A stretch of 64,000 nucleotides of DNA. It comes from Neocallimastix sp. 'constans' (lineage: Eukaryota). This document shows, piece after piece, positions 14,609-28,642 of the stretch (position 1 is the stretch's first letter; each line of letters begins with the position of its first letter). The stretch is taken from the NCBI GenBank assembly GCA_050613775.1, contig JBODTK010000116.1, forward strand, positions 310,001 through 374,000. Direction: 5' to 3'. Below the pieces are notes generated by a model. The model did no database searches, had not been told where the DNA came from, and was given only the letters and a program-made list of their open reading frames with translations. A program made the translations under genes and the position numbers.

Positions 14609-17547
14609 TTTAAAAGTAATTATAAAATATTCAAAACATATATACCTTAAAAATCTACAAGCAATTTCACATTCATAATAATTTTTAAATACTTTAATTT
14701 CTTTTTTAATATAAACTTCCTTTGCTAAAATTATATTTTAATGATGTAATTAAAATAAAATAAAATAAAAATTTATATTAAATATATATATTAATATTTT
14801 ATTTTTTTAATTTTATTTTTTTATATAAATTTGAAATAAATATCTATATAAAAATATATTATATATTACTAATTCTTTCCAAGGATTGAAAAATATTTTT
14901 ATTTTTATAATTTTCTGGACTTAATTGCATTTTGTCAACAGATGATGATTCTCTTAATTCGTTTACAATTTTTTTTTCTTGGAATTTCTTGTAAATTCTT
15001 TTTAATGTTTTTTTATAATATAACTTATTTAATGAAAAACCCAATATGAAAAATAATAAACCAACTAATGGTAATATATCACATATAAATTGATTATCAC
15101 TAAGATTTATTTCAGAAATTAAAAAAGCATAAATTGCAAATAATGAAATTGTAAAATAAACAGAAAATTTGTAATTATTAACTGTATTTGAATAATATGG
15201 CTGATATATTAACTGAAAATAAGCTAAATAAAGAAAAGATAAGAACAAGGTGAAATTCATAACAATTTTAATATAGTCATTAAATCCATGAAAAAACATT
15301 AATAATGAAAAATAATTAAATAATAAAGACTTTATAATTTATAAAAAAATAAATATTTAATATATATATATATATAATTTTTATTTATTTATTTTTAATA
15401 TTATTTATTTTATTAATTACTCTATATTATATAATTATATATACATAATACAACTATATATTAACATCAATTACCATAATTAATTTAATAAATAACAATT
15501 TATTAGAATTTGCTGTATGAATACTTCCAAACAATTTTCCATGGGATAAACAATTAGTATTAAAATTAAAATTATTATACTAATTTATCATTATTAAAAA
15601 ATAAATATAAAGTATTTTTATTTTTAATTAATGAATAATATATATTATTTTAATTAGTATTATCAATAATATATATATAGAATATTAATAAATATATATA
15701 TATATATATAAATTTTTATTAAATGAATTAAGAAAAAAGAAAATACCATATAATTATAAGCAACAATAAGCACAAGATTCACTGAAGCAACTCCCGTTCT
15801 AAATAAGGAAAAATTATTATATTCAAAAAATTAAATACTTTTATTATTAACATTTTTTTCTTTTTTCATATACATATGTGTATATTATTTTTTGATAAAG
15901 ATATAAATTAATTTAAAATATTAAATCATCTTTACAATATATAATCACTAGTAGTTCCACATTCTGGTACTAGTGAAATTGAATTAGCTGACCTACAGAG
16001 ATAATAGAATCTCGAAATAAAATTAAAAACTGTAATAGTAATGATATATATATATTAATAATAATATTGAAATTATTATTTTTAATTATTGTTATTAAAA
16101 AAACTTTTCAATTGACAAAGTCCTATTATAATAAAAAAAATTTTTTTTTTACCAAATGAAAGAAGATATCTTAATATATATATATATGTATATATATTTA
16201 GTAAGAGAGAAATAAAAGAAAATATATTATTATTATTATTATTATTATTATTGTTGTTGTTAAAATTTATTAATATCATTATAATTAATAAATATATATT
16301 ATTTTGATGATTTTACTTGAAAACAACAGTATATATTGAATTATAAATCTATTTTAATATTTAATATAAAATTATTAATAAATTTGTATTTTCAAGTAAT
16401 AATTTTTAAAAAAACAAAAAACAAGAAAAAAAATGTATTATTACCAAAAGATTCTTTTTTGACATTGTTTTTCTTGATTTATAATTAATAAAAGAAGATA
16501 TAAAAAAAAAAAAAAAAAGATATTTTTTATTTGTATTTGTTTGTTTGTTTGATTTAGTTAACTATTATTATGTCAACTCTTTAATTATATTTTCGAAATT
16601 TTTTATAAACTATTTACCCTCCTTTTGTTTTTAAATGAATCACTGAAATTAAATAAAAAAGAAAATATATGTTTAAATAATAAATTTATTTATATATATT
16701 ATAAAGATTTTCTGTTTAATTATCTTATTTTTGATATACTTAACAAAAAAATAAAAAGGAAAATAGAGTTATTTACTTACAAACTATAGAATATGTATAT
16801 ATAACAAAAATCACAATAAATGACGTAAAGAAAACTAATATAAAATATATTTATTTTATTTCATTGTATTGTATTCATTTTACGAAGCATATAATTATAG
16901 TACACATATAATAATAATAATAATAAAAGAAGTAAAAAAAAAAAATTAATATAATTAAAAAAAAATTAATAGAAATGAAAAATTTTTATATAAAAAATTT
17001 TCCTACTTAAAACAATTGGGCTAACGATTTCTGGATTAAAAATGGTAAATAAACTTATAACATATTTTCTCATTTTTGAAAATAAATGAGGATTAAATAT
17101 ATATTGTAAAAATTGAATATCTATAGAGATAGAATATAAAATTAAGATATATAATTATTATTATAGGAATTATAATCATCTTAATTGTTATTAATATTTA
17201 TTAATTTTCTGTTACTATCATCATTACTATAATTATTTTTATTATTAATAAAATTTTTTAATTTTAATATTTTAGTTATTTGATAAATTGCCTTCTATAA
17301 AAGAAAGAAATGGAATCATCCAACCCACAGGAACTTCTAAAGGTAGAGCATTAAACAACGGATATAGTCTTTTCTTTAAATAATATTAATATTGATATAA
17401 ATATATTAATAATCTACATATATATATATATATATGTAATTAATAATGTTTTTATAAGGTATTGATTTTTACTTCAAAAAAATTTAGATTTAATTTATTT
17501 GCTGTTTTTATTGAGTTATTGTTGTTGTTATTGTTATTTTCATTCAT
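9381..17547 (-). CDS. TmcB/TmcC-like (tiny macrocysts family) large polytopic membrane protein, roughly 30 exons
   Basis: Spliced segments read MNENNN...FFEKRLYPLFNAL..GWMIPFLSFIEDIQFLQY, YQPYY, ECEIACRFLRNNR, AYSQYNNIIRHFPDAKDVMKIYVLFLIDVMN, SGAGLGRELRKK, and end LVSFLFLVPSDIVNKNEKYKRFLETTQLED* (stop 9381-9383). This links ORFs 9617, 12090, 13562, 13923 and 14859. Family call is from motif recognition, not a search; exons between 16.0 and 17.0 kb are only partly resolved. Confidence 0.75.
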
Positions 17548-18150
17548 TTTTGTATTTATTATTATTAATTAAAATATCAATTCTTTAATTATTATGTAAA
17601 TATTTTTTTAATTCGATAATAATTTGTATTAATATAACATAACATGAAATATATAAGTATTTATAAAAATTTTAACTGAAATTTTGTATAAGTTTTTATA
17701 TTATTTATGTTCTAAAAATTTCATTTATAATGAACAAAAAAAAAAGCATGTAAAAATAATAAGACAAAAAAGAAAAAAAAAAAAAAAAAAAAAGGAAAAA
17801 TTAAATATTAAAATTGTTTATTTAAAAAAAAAAAAAAAAAAAGTAAAAAATTATGGCATACAAATTATAAATCTAAAAATTTCATATTAGTTTCAAATAT
17901 AATTTAAGGCTACTTTAAAATAAAACTAAATAAATGTACGTATATATACATATATTATATTTTATTATTATTTACAATTTTTTTTAAAAAAAAAAAATAA
18001 AAATTAAAAAATCCGATTAAATATAATAAAAATTCGGTTAGGATTAAACGTTTTTAAATTCAATAATAAATTAAATATGTTAATCATAAAAATGGTATAA
18101 ATAAAATATGTACTTTTTGTTTTTTATTTTTTATTTTTTTATTTTTTTAT

Positions 18151-18203
<53 letters not shown>

Positions 18204-18769
18204 ATTTTTATTTCGGATTATTAGTTTTTTCTATTTTTTTTATTTTTATTTTTTTTTGGATTAATTTGTTTTTTATTAAATTTTTATGAATATAAAAAAA
18301 AAAAATAATAATAATTTTTAATTATTTAAAAAAAATTATATAACTTTATAAATTATTTAAATCAAATTAAAGTTCCTCCTTTTTAATATTTATAAAAAAA
18401 AAAAAAAAAGATTATTTTATTAATCCATTAATTGGTTAAATTTTTTTAATTAATATTTCAACACCAAGCTTGTTTTATAAAATAAAAAAATCATAAAAAA
18501 ATTTTTTTTTTTAACTCTAAAAAATTATTTATATATTTATATTTTAAAATTTAGTTCATATTTTAGTAGAAATTATTAATTAGTTTTTTTATTTTATTTA
18601 ATTTTTGATTTTTTTATTATTTATTTCAATTTTTTTTTTTTTTAATTTTAAAATTTCTTATAAAATATTAAAAAATAAAAAAAAATAAATTTTAAAAATT
18701 TTTAAAATTTTTAAAAATCTTATTTATCTTTTTTTTTTTTTTTTTTTTATATTACAATTTTTTTATATT

Positions 18770-20410
18770 TTTTTTTTTATAACTTGGAATCAACTTTATT
18801 TAATAATATTTATTAAAAAATACATGAAAATAAAATATATGATATTTTTTACATTAATATTAAAACATTACATTATGAGTTTCGAGGATGAAATGGCATC
18901 TAACTCTTCCCATTAATAATAAATCCATATGAATAAAAATTATCATTCGAATCTGTACCAGAATTTTTTCTTTACCTTATCGTTTCGAAGTTGACGCTCT
19001 AGACAAGGTATGTCTAATGATATACAAATTGATCATAGTGTAAAAATCACTAATTATAATAACCATATAACATTAATAAGGAATTCTGCATGACCCACAC
19101 AATATGAAATCAAGAGATTGAAACATATTATTAATAGAACGCTTTCTTTCCCCTGGGCCTTTTTTTATGATTTCATATACTACATTTCCATCAAGAAGGA
19201 GACACAGTCTTCCTCTTTATCATCAGGAATGTTCAAAGATTTCTCATGAACAATCAAAGAAAAATTAATGAAAATTTCATCAACAAATTGAATGAATTGT
19301 TACCTAAATTCTATGAATTAGGACATAAAAGTATCCAGTGTGTAAAACTAGGTATGCTGTTACTTACACTACAACAAGGGCAAACATGTTAGGCAGTCTT
19401 CTAATCCAACTTTGCTTTTTACATAAGGTTTCACATCAAATTTAAATCCATATTTTAATTCGTCCAACCAAAAAAAAAAAATAAAAATTCCAAAAAAAAA
19501 AAATTGGAATATTTTAAGGGGAGACGTTGAATAAATTTTATAAAACCAAATTTAAACTTTTCTTATTTAATTGCAGGAGTACTTGTATAATGAAATATTT
19601 TCTTAGTAAAAACTTTCGTATTTATCCAGGAAGTTTATTATTATTTTTACATATTGTTAATTTTACGTGCTTTATTTCGTCCATGAATAATGTGAAAGTT
19701 TTGGTATATTTTTAACTAAATGTTAAAAAATATAAGAATATTTTATCCACTTTTTTTTAATCGCAACAATTAGCAATAAGAGGTATAAGTAGTTCTTTAG
19801 ACATATTATAAATAGTAGTATTGGAAGTTTTATTTTAAACAAACACCAAAATAAACCTCGATTAAAAGCAGTTTGAGCTTTTACAGATTTCTTATTATTA
19901 GAACTTAGTAAAAATGCATAGTAAAGAAGTGAAGTAAAGACAAAGGAAACTAGATTATAGGTTTTAAAGTAGGTTTATCGCTATTGATTAAAAATCTAAA
20001 GAAAGAGATAACCATATAATATATATTACTGTTCATCTTAACAATAATTGGCTCTAAATTCAATGATTCATTGAAAGGTATTCTTAGATATGTATATTAA
20101 TTAAGTACCTAGTAGATGGTTCATGCTGAGCTTAAATGTAGAATTTTCATAATGTCTTGTGGGTATAGAATTCTTTGATTTAACAACATGTGTAGAACAT
20201 TTATCAATTCTAAAGGTCATTTTATTTTTGATCCCTTAATTGTGTGCTATATTTAAAAGGTTTTAATGAGAAGATTTTGAAGTAGCCAACAAAAAATATT
20301 ATTGGCAAATGGCCATAGTAATACTTTTTTTCTTTCAGTAAGAACATCATATCTCCTGTATTTATTAAATATGTCATTGATAAATATTTTAATGATTAAT
20401 AATGAACTGA
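18770..20410 (-). mobile_element. LINE 3' half relic (RT C-terminal part, CCHC zinc knuckle, 3' end, T-tract)
   Basis: Minus strand: FINDIFNK.. followed by a decayed FADD-like region, YTYLRIPFNESLNLEPII, CPCCSVSNSIPSFTHWILLCP (19321-19385) and WEELDAISSSKLIM*. 18780-19065 aligns by eye with 27145-27446. Confidence 0.85.
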
Positions 20411-20878
20411 AGGTATTTATCTTTAATGTCAATATTATTAAGTTTTGAAATACCATAATAATTATTACAATCAGAAAGTTTCTTTTACATATGAAATTAA
20501 ACATTAATATAAATGTTTATATTTTTATAAAAATAATATTTATATATGTTTTAAAGTTTTGATTTAATAAATTAATTTATAATTTAAATGTAAAATCTAA
20601 AACTAAATCTAAAAAATAACCTAAATATAATTAATAATTTTTAAAATATATATATATATATATATATTTAGGTTAAACTAATTGATTATTTAATAATTAA
20701 TATACCTTAATTTTTTTTATCTATTAAAATATTTTTATTATTTATTGAAAATATTAAGGAAATAACTATATATATATATATATATCTTTATTTCTTTAAT
20801 ACAAAAAAAAGTTAATAAATTATATATATTATTAATATATATATATATATTATTTACTTTAATAAGTAAACTAATACA

Positions 20879-20882
<4 letters not shown>

Positions 20883-20916
<34 letters not shown>

Positions 20917-21240
20917 GTCACAATTATTGCGAACTTTAATCATTATTTATTTATTCATTTATTAATATCATGAATATTTTTCATTTTAAAAAATAAATAC
21001 TATTTGTTCAATTAGAACATAATAATATTTAAAATAGTAATCTAAAATAAATAAGTAATATTCAAAATAAAGTGTATAAATAAATTCAGAAAAAAGGTCA
21101 TAGGCAACGAACCTCACCTCCAGATTACTTATTCCGGATTAGGATTTTAATTGACTATCTGAAAGAAATTATGGTCTTCTCCATCAGAGGCAGTGGCACT
21201 AGTAGCCTGTCTTACTTCATTTTCAACGTTGACACTCCAA
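20883..21240 (-). mobile_element. 5'-truncated poly(A) retroelement with 11-bp TSD
   Basis: Poly(T) at 20881-20913. TAATACAAGTT is present at 20872-20882 and 21241-21251. Minus strand reads SVNVENEVRQ (shared motif, 21208-21239). Confidence 0.8.
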
Positions 21241-21689
21241 TAATACAAGTTAAAATTAATGAATTGGTAAGGTTAACAATTATTTATTTAAATAATTAAT
21301 ATTTAAATTTATTTTTATTTTTTTAATTGTTTTTAAAATATATTTTTAATGAAAAAAATTACGATTTATTTTTTTTTCCTTAAGAAATTTATTTAAAAAA
21401 TAGCTAATAATAGTAATATTAATTGGTGTATCATAAAAAAAAAAAAAAAAAAAAATAAATAAATAAATAAAAAATAGAAAAAAATTCCTTTTAATTATTA
21501 GAAGTTAAATACAGTATTTTTCCTCTATAAAAATACTTTAAATTATTATATTATATAGCTATTTTGTTAGTAGGTCATTATATATTAAAGTAATCAAAAT
21601 TTCTTTGTTAATAGAATATTCTTGATCTATCCTAAATTTTATTAAATAATAAAAATAGATATTTTGAACAATCAGAATAAGTAATTTCT

Positions 21690-23170
21690 TGAGTAGGATT
21701 ATTCTGAGAAGTGCTACTCTCAGAGCTGAAAATACTTTAAAATTTTCTGTTAGTATACTATCAGGATCATGTGTTTTGTTATTTTCTATTAAAAGAACAG
21801 TAGAGTGAATTTCTAATAATGAAATTGGTTGCATGATTCTACGGGAGAAGAAGAATTGTTTAGTATTCCTTTCCAATAATTTTCATTACAACTGTGGCCA
21901 CTTATATCAGAAGCAGGTTCTTCATAGTGTTAAGTAAAACTGTTTAGTTGATCTTCTTGAGATACAAAAAATTACCTACTTTATCTTTAATTTACACGGG
22001 CTGATTGAGAAGGAAAGAAAAAAATTTAGAGATGAGATTATCATAAATCCAGATAAATCAAGTTAAGTATCATTTCTTAAGAAATATTTTCCGATAGAAT
22101 GAATCAAATATTTAAATTTAATTATCTTAATATTCCTCTTAATATACTATTGATATAATCAAAAAGAATTCTATATTTTTTTGAAGAGATCATAGAATTC
22201 TTGAATATTAGATAAATCTCTTCTAAGTTTTAATTTTTTTTATTCCATTTATTAAATAAATGCTTTTTATGAGATAATTTCTTAATGTAAACAGGGTCAA
22301 TAGAATGAAGGCCCCTGTAGATCTTTAGGAACTCTTGCTTGAATTTCATCACCTACTTCATTTGATGTTTAATGTTTATATAATATTTTCACTTTAATGA
22401 ATAAATAAAAAATTAGATAGCTTAAAGTAGAAAAAAAAATATAACAAGAAGTTTCTTTACCATTTCATTAGAGTCCACATTATCATTATGTTCAAATATA
22501 TTGAGTAAGCTTATGAATTTATTATGAGAGAAAATTTCTTCATGTTTATCCTTACAAATTCAACTAAACCATTTAATTTCTTACCAGGAGGCGGCGTAGT
22601 AAGACCATCAGGAAATGTTTTTTTTTTTTTTTTTTTTTTTTACAAGAAAAAATAAATAGTAAACAGTCAGAGATATCATTAAAAGAGTTGCAAACAGGAG
22701 CAATATTTAAATAATCAATTAATTTATGGGTAATAATTATAAAGTCAATACAATAATTCCTTCTACCATTAGACCAAGTAAACCAATCCATAATAAACTA
22801 TTAAGGAAAAATTCTAAGAATAAAATCTTTAAATTGCTATTTAGTTATGTTGAAATTACTAACAATAACTGAAGGATTATTCTAGTGATTCTTGAGCCAA
22901 TTAGCAAAATTGGTTATCGCTTTATCTCTTGGAATGAAGTAGTTTTCCATATTAATATATTATTTTTTAACAATTTCATTGATAATTTCATTACAATTTG
23001 TTTTTTTTTTGTTTTTTTTTTGTTTTTTTTTGTTTTTTTTTGTTTTTTTTTTATTTAAGAATTCCCATAATTCAAGGTTCAAGGTCATAAATAAAAATAA
23101 AAAATTGTTTTTTCATTGTCAGGACTAAAACGTATCCGACCTCTATGCATCGTCCACATTTCAAAATAGA
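21690..23170 (-). mobile_element. Degenerate LINE 5' part (N-terminal domain, APE endonuclease, pre-RT region)
   Basis: Fragments paralogous to 23652-26219: HRGRIRF..LWEFL, FTWSNGRRNYCIDFII..FNDISDC, QPISLLEIHSTVL..NNKTHDPDSI (decayed KAPGPDGI). Many frameshifts and an internal deletion. Confidence 0.85.
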
Positions 23171-23651
23171 AACTAACCTATATTAATAAAAAAATATTAT
23201 AAAAAAATGATAAAAAACTAAATTTTGTGTTGTGATCTTTTCTTTCAAGATATTTTATATTTTATATTTTATTTATTTCACTTGGATTTCCAACCTAATG
23301 GAAAGAAAAAAAAAATTCAAATTATTAGTGATTAGTTCTAATTGAAAAAATTTCGTTTTAATTTGTGTTTTATTTTTTTATGGTTCTCAATTGATTTCTA
23401 AAAACACTTTATCATTGGTGGTGAAATAATTAAAATATTAATCATAATAAATAATTTTTTATAAAAAAGTGTAATGTATATTAAAATATCAAAAGTATAT
23501 TTAAAAAATTGAGAAAAAAGTAGATGAGATGAGATGGAACGAGTAAATTCCTAAAAGAATATAAAAAAGTCCCATAATTACATAACTATACAAAAATTAA
23601 AAAAGTACATAACAAACATATCATTATTGCAATAATGATATGTTTGTTAGT

Positions 23652-26219
23652 GTACTTATCACAATTATCCAGTACATCATTAATGAACAAATTGAATAAA
23701 ATAGGAGATAGAGGACATCCTTGTCTAACACCATGATTAATCGAAAATTCTTCTGAGAGATTACCATTAAAAAAAGCACGAGCTTTAGAGGATAGATAAA
23801 GATTCTTTAAAAACAGATGATATTTATCTCTAATTCCTAAGTTATATAATTTGGTCAAAATATTAAAGATAGGAACTGAATCATAGGCTTTTTTAAGATC
23901 GAGAAAAGCAAGATAAGTAAAATTTCCTTTAAATTTTCTTCTTTGACATATCTCTCTAATTGAAATATACAAACTTATGTATTCTTCTTTATTTCTAAAT
24001 CCAAATTGTTCAGGTCTAACAAATTTATGTTCAAGGGCATATTTAGCAATTCTATTAGTAACAATCTTTGAAATAATTTTTAAGCCAACATTAATAAGAG
24101 AAATACCACGATAATTATTACAATCCGAAAGATCTCCTTTTTTTGGAATTGATATTATAGAAGCCGAATTCCACTCTTCAGGGAAATCACCATCCCAGAT
24201 TTTATTAAATAATGAAAGTAAACATTTAGCACACTTAGAATAGTGATCATCTGAAGAATCATCTTGATTATCGGATAAATCAGATTTGCTAAAGAAAGCT
24301 TTAAAAAATTCAATCGGAATACCATCGGGTCCAGGAGCTTTATTAAATTTCATACTAAGCACAGTGTTTTGAATTTCTTCCATAGAAATAGAATCATTAA
24401 TATCCCAAGTAAGATTATTATTAGGATTAGTTCCAAATAAGCTTACCCAGTATTCATTATCCAAACTGTGTTGAGTAACATCAGAAGCTAGTTCACTGTA
24501 ATGTTCAGCAAATCGATTTAATTGATCCGAATGAGAAAATAAAAAGTTACCCTGCTTGTCCTTTAAAACACTTGACGAAATAGAATTAGAGTACATAGGG
24601 CGAGATAGCTTCTTTAATTTTAACCAAGCACTCCTAGCATTTTTATTACTAAAATCATTACATGCAGATTCTATTGACTGATGAAATTGTTTTGATTTAA
24701 TAGAAAACTTAATTGACCTGACTTTACCACATATATTTTTATACTCACGAATCAAATTTAAAAATTCATCAAGATTTTCAAGATTAGAACCTAAAGAAAA
24801 ATTTTTGATTTCATTAAATGCAACATGCTTTTCATGAGAAAGTTTCTTGATATAATAAGGGCAGTGGAAAGCTGATCCTTTAAGATCACAAGGAACTCTA
24901 GCATGAACTTTATCACCAACTTTATTAGCTGTTTCTATAAATTAATTGACCATTTCATTAGAACTTAATTCTTTATTATCATCAAATTCATTAAGAAGAA
25001 TTGAGAAGTAGTTACTTGAGAATATTTCATTATGCTTTTCATTACACATGCGTTGGGACCACTTGAATCTTCTAGAAGGAGTAGGAGCACGAAAACCTTC
25101 TGAGTCATCTTTCTTACAGGAAAGGATAAGAGGGAAGTGGTCAGATATATCATTGAATGTACTACAAACAGATACCTTATTAATGTATTCCTTCATTTTA
25201 CAATTAAATAAAACATGATCAATACAAGACGATCTACCATCCCGAACCCATGTGAACTCTAGACCTTATAAGTTTTTAGTGAACCACTGATAAGATGATT
25301 TATTAAGTAAACTATCTAATTGGGATTTAGACATATTAAAGTCACCTACAAGAATAGAAGGTGTATTAGTATGTTTCTTTATCCAGTTAGTAATTTCTGA
25401 AAAGGCATTCTTTCTTTCTTCCTTATGAGTGACCGTAAGAACATAAATATTACCAATAGTGCATTTAATTCCCCAAAAAGAAATAATGTTGACAGAAATG
25501 ATATACTTATATTCAAAGGGATCAGGAGAAAATGAACAAGAACGATGTACACTTATACTAAGATCTCTCATACCGGGTATATTTGGATCAGCTTTTCGTA
25601 AAATTGTATTATAGTGACAAAGAAATGGGTAATTATTTGAATGTACATTAAGGTATTGGCTATTACTGACTTCTTGCAAGCAAATACCGATGGGTTTAAA
25701 AATTTCATTAAAGTATCTAATACCATCACGTTTTTCATCATTCCATCCATTAATGTTCCATCTGACACAAAGATTGAAGAATTGAGTAGACGGTGAGTAA
25801 ATGCTACTATAAAGAAAATCTTTAACCATTGATTTAGTTTCAAAAGAAGAAAATTTGTTGTTAAATTTCTTAACTTCACTGAAAGTTCTGATTTTGTCGG
25901 TTTGGATCCAATTAATTTTATTGATTGGAAGGCAATGGGTAAGAAGAAATAAAATATTTAGGTAATAAGTGGGTTTATCATAGTTTATCCTTAAAATGAA
26001 GTAATTTTCCATATTAGGTGTGTGTGTTTTTATAATTCCATGAACTATTTCATTGCAATTGGAAATACGTTTACTAAGAAATTCCCAAAGTTTACTAACA
26101 GACCATGATTGAAGATCATGAATAAAGATAAGAATGAAATCTTTATTCTGAATATCGTATCTTCGAAGACCACGTCGCAAAACAGGTATAGTTTCTGAAT
26201 TTGAAGAAGTATTATCCAT
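23652..26219 (-). mobile_element. LINE (APE endonuclease plus reverse transcriptase) in a single frame with two nonsense codons; 3'-truncated
   Basis: ORFs 25266..26219, 24942..25196 and 23586..24755 share one frame, separated only by TAA codons. APE motifs WNING, CLQE, ILVGDFN, IDHV, SDHFPL; RT motifs KAPGPDGIP, NYRGISL, QFGFR, FLDLKKAYDSV, GVRQGCPLSPILFNLFIND. Homology stops before the (Y/F)ADD motif. Confidence 0.95.
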
Positions 26220-27110
26220 ATCAAGAAAGCCTAAAAAATAAAATAAAAGAAGAATAAAATAAAAATAATAAAAATAATAAAAAAAAATAGATAAAAAAAT
26301 TTTTTTTTTTTTTTATATATATATATATAATAAAATAAATTAAAAAATAAAAGAGAAAGTAAATTCCCTTTAAATAGTAAAAAAAAAAAAATATTGGTGT
26401 TGAATATTTGAAAGCTTGAAATATAAAATTGTTCTTGATGATTTAATAGATTTTAGATTTTGTAAATAATTGATTTTATCCTGTATAACTGATATAATAT
26501 TTATAAATTTACTCAAGGGTTAGTAATTTATTGATACAAAATTACTTGTATATACTGTTAAAATGAGTAATTGTTTCTTTTTATCTTTTGAATGATTGTA
26601 ATTCTTTCAATTAATAAAGCGCTTTATGATGTTAAAAATTTTCTGTTGAATAATCATAAATTAGCTAAAAGTATATTTAAAAAGAAAAAATATTAGTAGA
26701 GAAAGACTATAAAAAAGATTCCCATCCGTTAAATAATGTCTTAAACACAAGCTTTGGAGTGAATCAATCTCCTACATTTCCATTTTACAATAGCTACATG
26801 AAAGTATAAATAATACTATAGAAAAATACATATACAAAATAATGCTAAAGTAAAAAATACAATAGATTCATTACAATGATAATATGTAGAAACTACATGA
26901 TATTATTAATTATACAACTCCAATGTTACTACATATCCAGTTTAAAACAATATAAAACATCAGGTTCACTTTCTACAGTCTTCCAGTATTCCAGTTTTCA
27001 CTCTTCGTACTAGAAGCCACTTTAGAAAGGATAACCATCGATTATCATCAGAATCACAGAAAACTGTAATTAGTACACCTGATATAGGTTATTCCTTTTC
27101 CATCAACCCT

Positions 27111-27114
<4 letters not shown>

Positions 27115-27145
<31 letters not shown>

Positions 27146-27446
27146 CTAGGAATAAACTTTATTTAATAATATTTTTTTTTTAAAAAATACATGAAGTTTA
27201 AATACATGAAATTTTTTTTTTTTATATTAATATTAAAAAACTACGTTATGAGATTCGAGGACGAAATGGCCTCTAACTCTTCCTATTCATCGAAGATAAC
27301 TCCATGTGGATGAAAATTATCATTCGAATCTGTATCAGAATTTCTTCTTTGCCTTATCGTTACGACGTCGACGCTCTTGACAACGGTAGGTCTAACACTA
27401 TACAAATCGATCATGGTGTAAAAATCACCAATCACAATAGGCATAA
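27115..27446 (-). mobile_element. Young 5'-truncated LINE 3' end with poly(A) and 13-bp TSD
   Basis: ATCAACCCTCCAT at 27102-27114 and 27447-27459. Clean poly(T). Minus strand reads PIVIGDFYTMIDLYSVRPTVVKSVDVVTIRQRRNSDTDS...GVIFDE*EELEAISSSNLIT*. Confidence 0.9.
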
Positions 27447-28642
27447 ATCAACCCTCCATGGACCTGGAAAAACAGTCCACATCATTGGGGGGAGGGTCCA
27501 AAAGTCATTAAAAATGAAATATCATTTTTTATAGCCCATTTATAAATCTTATTCAAAATTTTCTTAAGAGCTTATTTAAATGGAGCAAAAAAAATATTAA
27601 CGTTATATAATATGTAATATAAAAATTTTTTAATATCAACCCCTTAATTAACTCACTACTATTGAACCTGTTATTCATTTATTCCTTCAATCTTAATATT
27701 AAACTATTATTACTTATTCATGATTTAAAAATATTTAATAAAGGAACCAACAACTTTCACCATAAATTTTTAAATATTAAAATATAAAACAGTTTAAAAT
27801 ATAATAATAATAATAACACTTCAAAAACACATTTTTATATAAATTAGAAAAATAAAAAATAATTATGGTATAATTTTGTTTTTTGTTTTTTATTATTTTA
27901 TTTTTTATATTAATTATTCCTTTATTTTATTTTTTATTTCTAGGATTAATTTTATTTTATTATTTTTATTCCTTTAAATTTTATTTTTGCTTTTTGTTTT
28001 ATTTTTTATTTTATTTTATTTTATTTTATTTATTTTTTTTGAAATAAATATATTTCATAATAATAGCATTTTTTTTTATTATTTTTAATTTGTTGTTATT
28101 TTTTTTTATTTTTGCTTTTAATAATATTATATTATTAATATTTTAATAAAATTATTTTATTAATGATGGTTTTTTCATATATTTATAAATTTTAGTGAGT
28201 TTCTTGAATTATATGTTTTTTTTTAATTACATATAATTATTAATATATTCTCATTGATGAATATATCAATAAAAACTCTTTATTTATGTATATATTTTAT
28301 TTTAATAAAAAATAAAGATTATATTAATTCCCTTTATTGGATTTATATAATATTGGAATATATATATATATATAATTTTTTAATATAATAATCTATAAAT
28401 TTTAAATTTTGGTTTTTTTTTTTATTATTTAAAAGCATATAAATAATTAAATTCAGATTATATAAATAATTAAAAACGTTCATTTATTTACGCTTAATAT
28501 TCCCATATTAAATAATAATAATAATATTTTTTAAGGAAAAAATTATATAATCTGAAACAAACCAAAAAAAAATTTTGTTTATTTAAAGTTATTTTTCTAC
28601 TTTAATATCATTAAATATTTACAAAATTAATATTTAACTTGC

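Noticed and set aside
24942..25268. TAA reassignment or readthrough in the LINE ORF
   Set aside because: Host genes here end in TAA and the element is truncated, so ordinary nonsense decay is sufficient.
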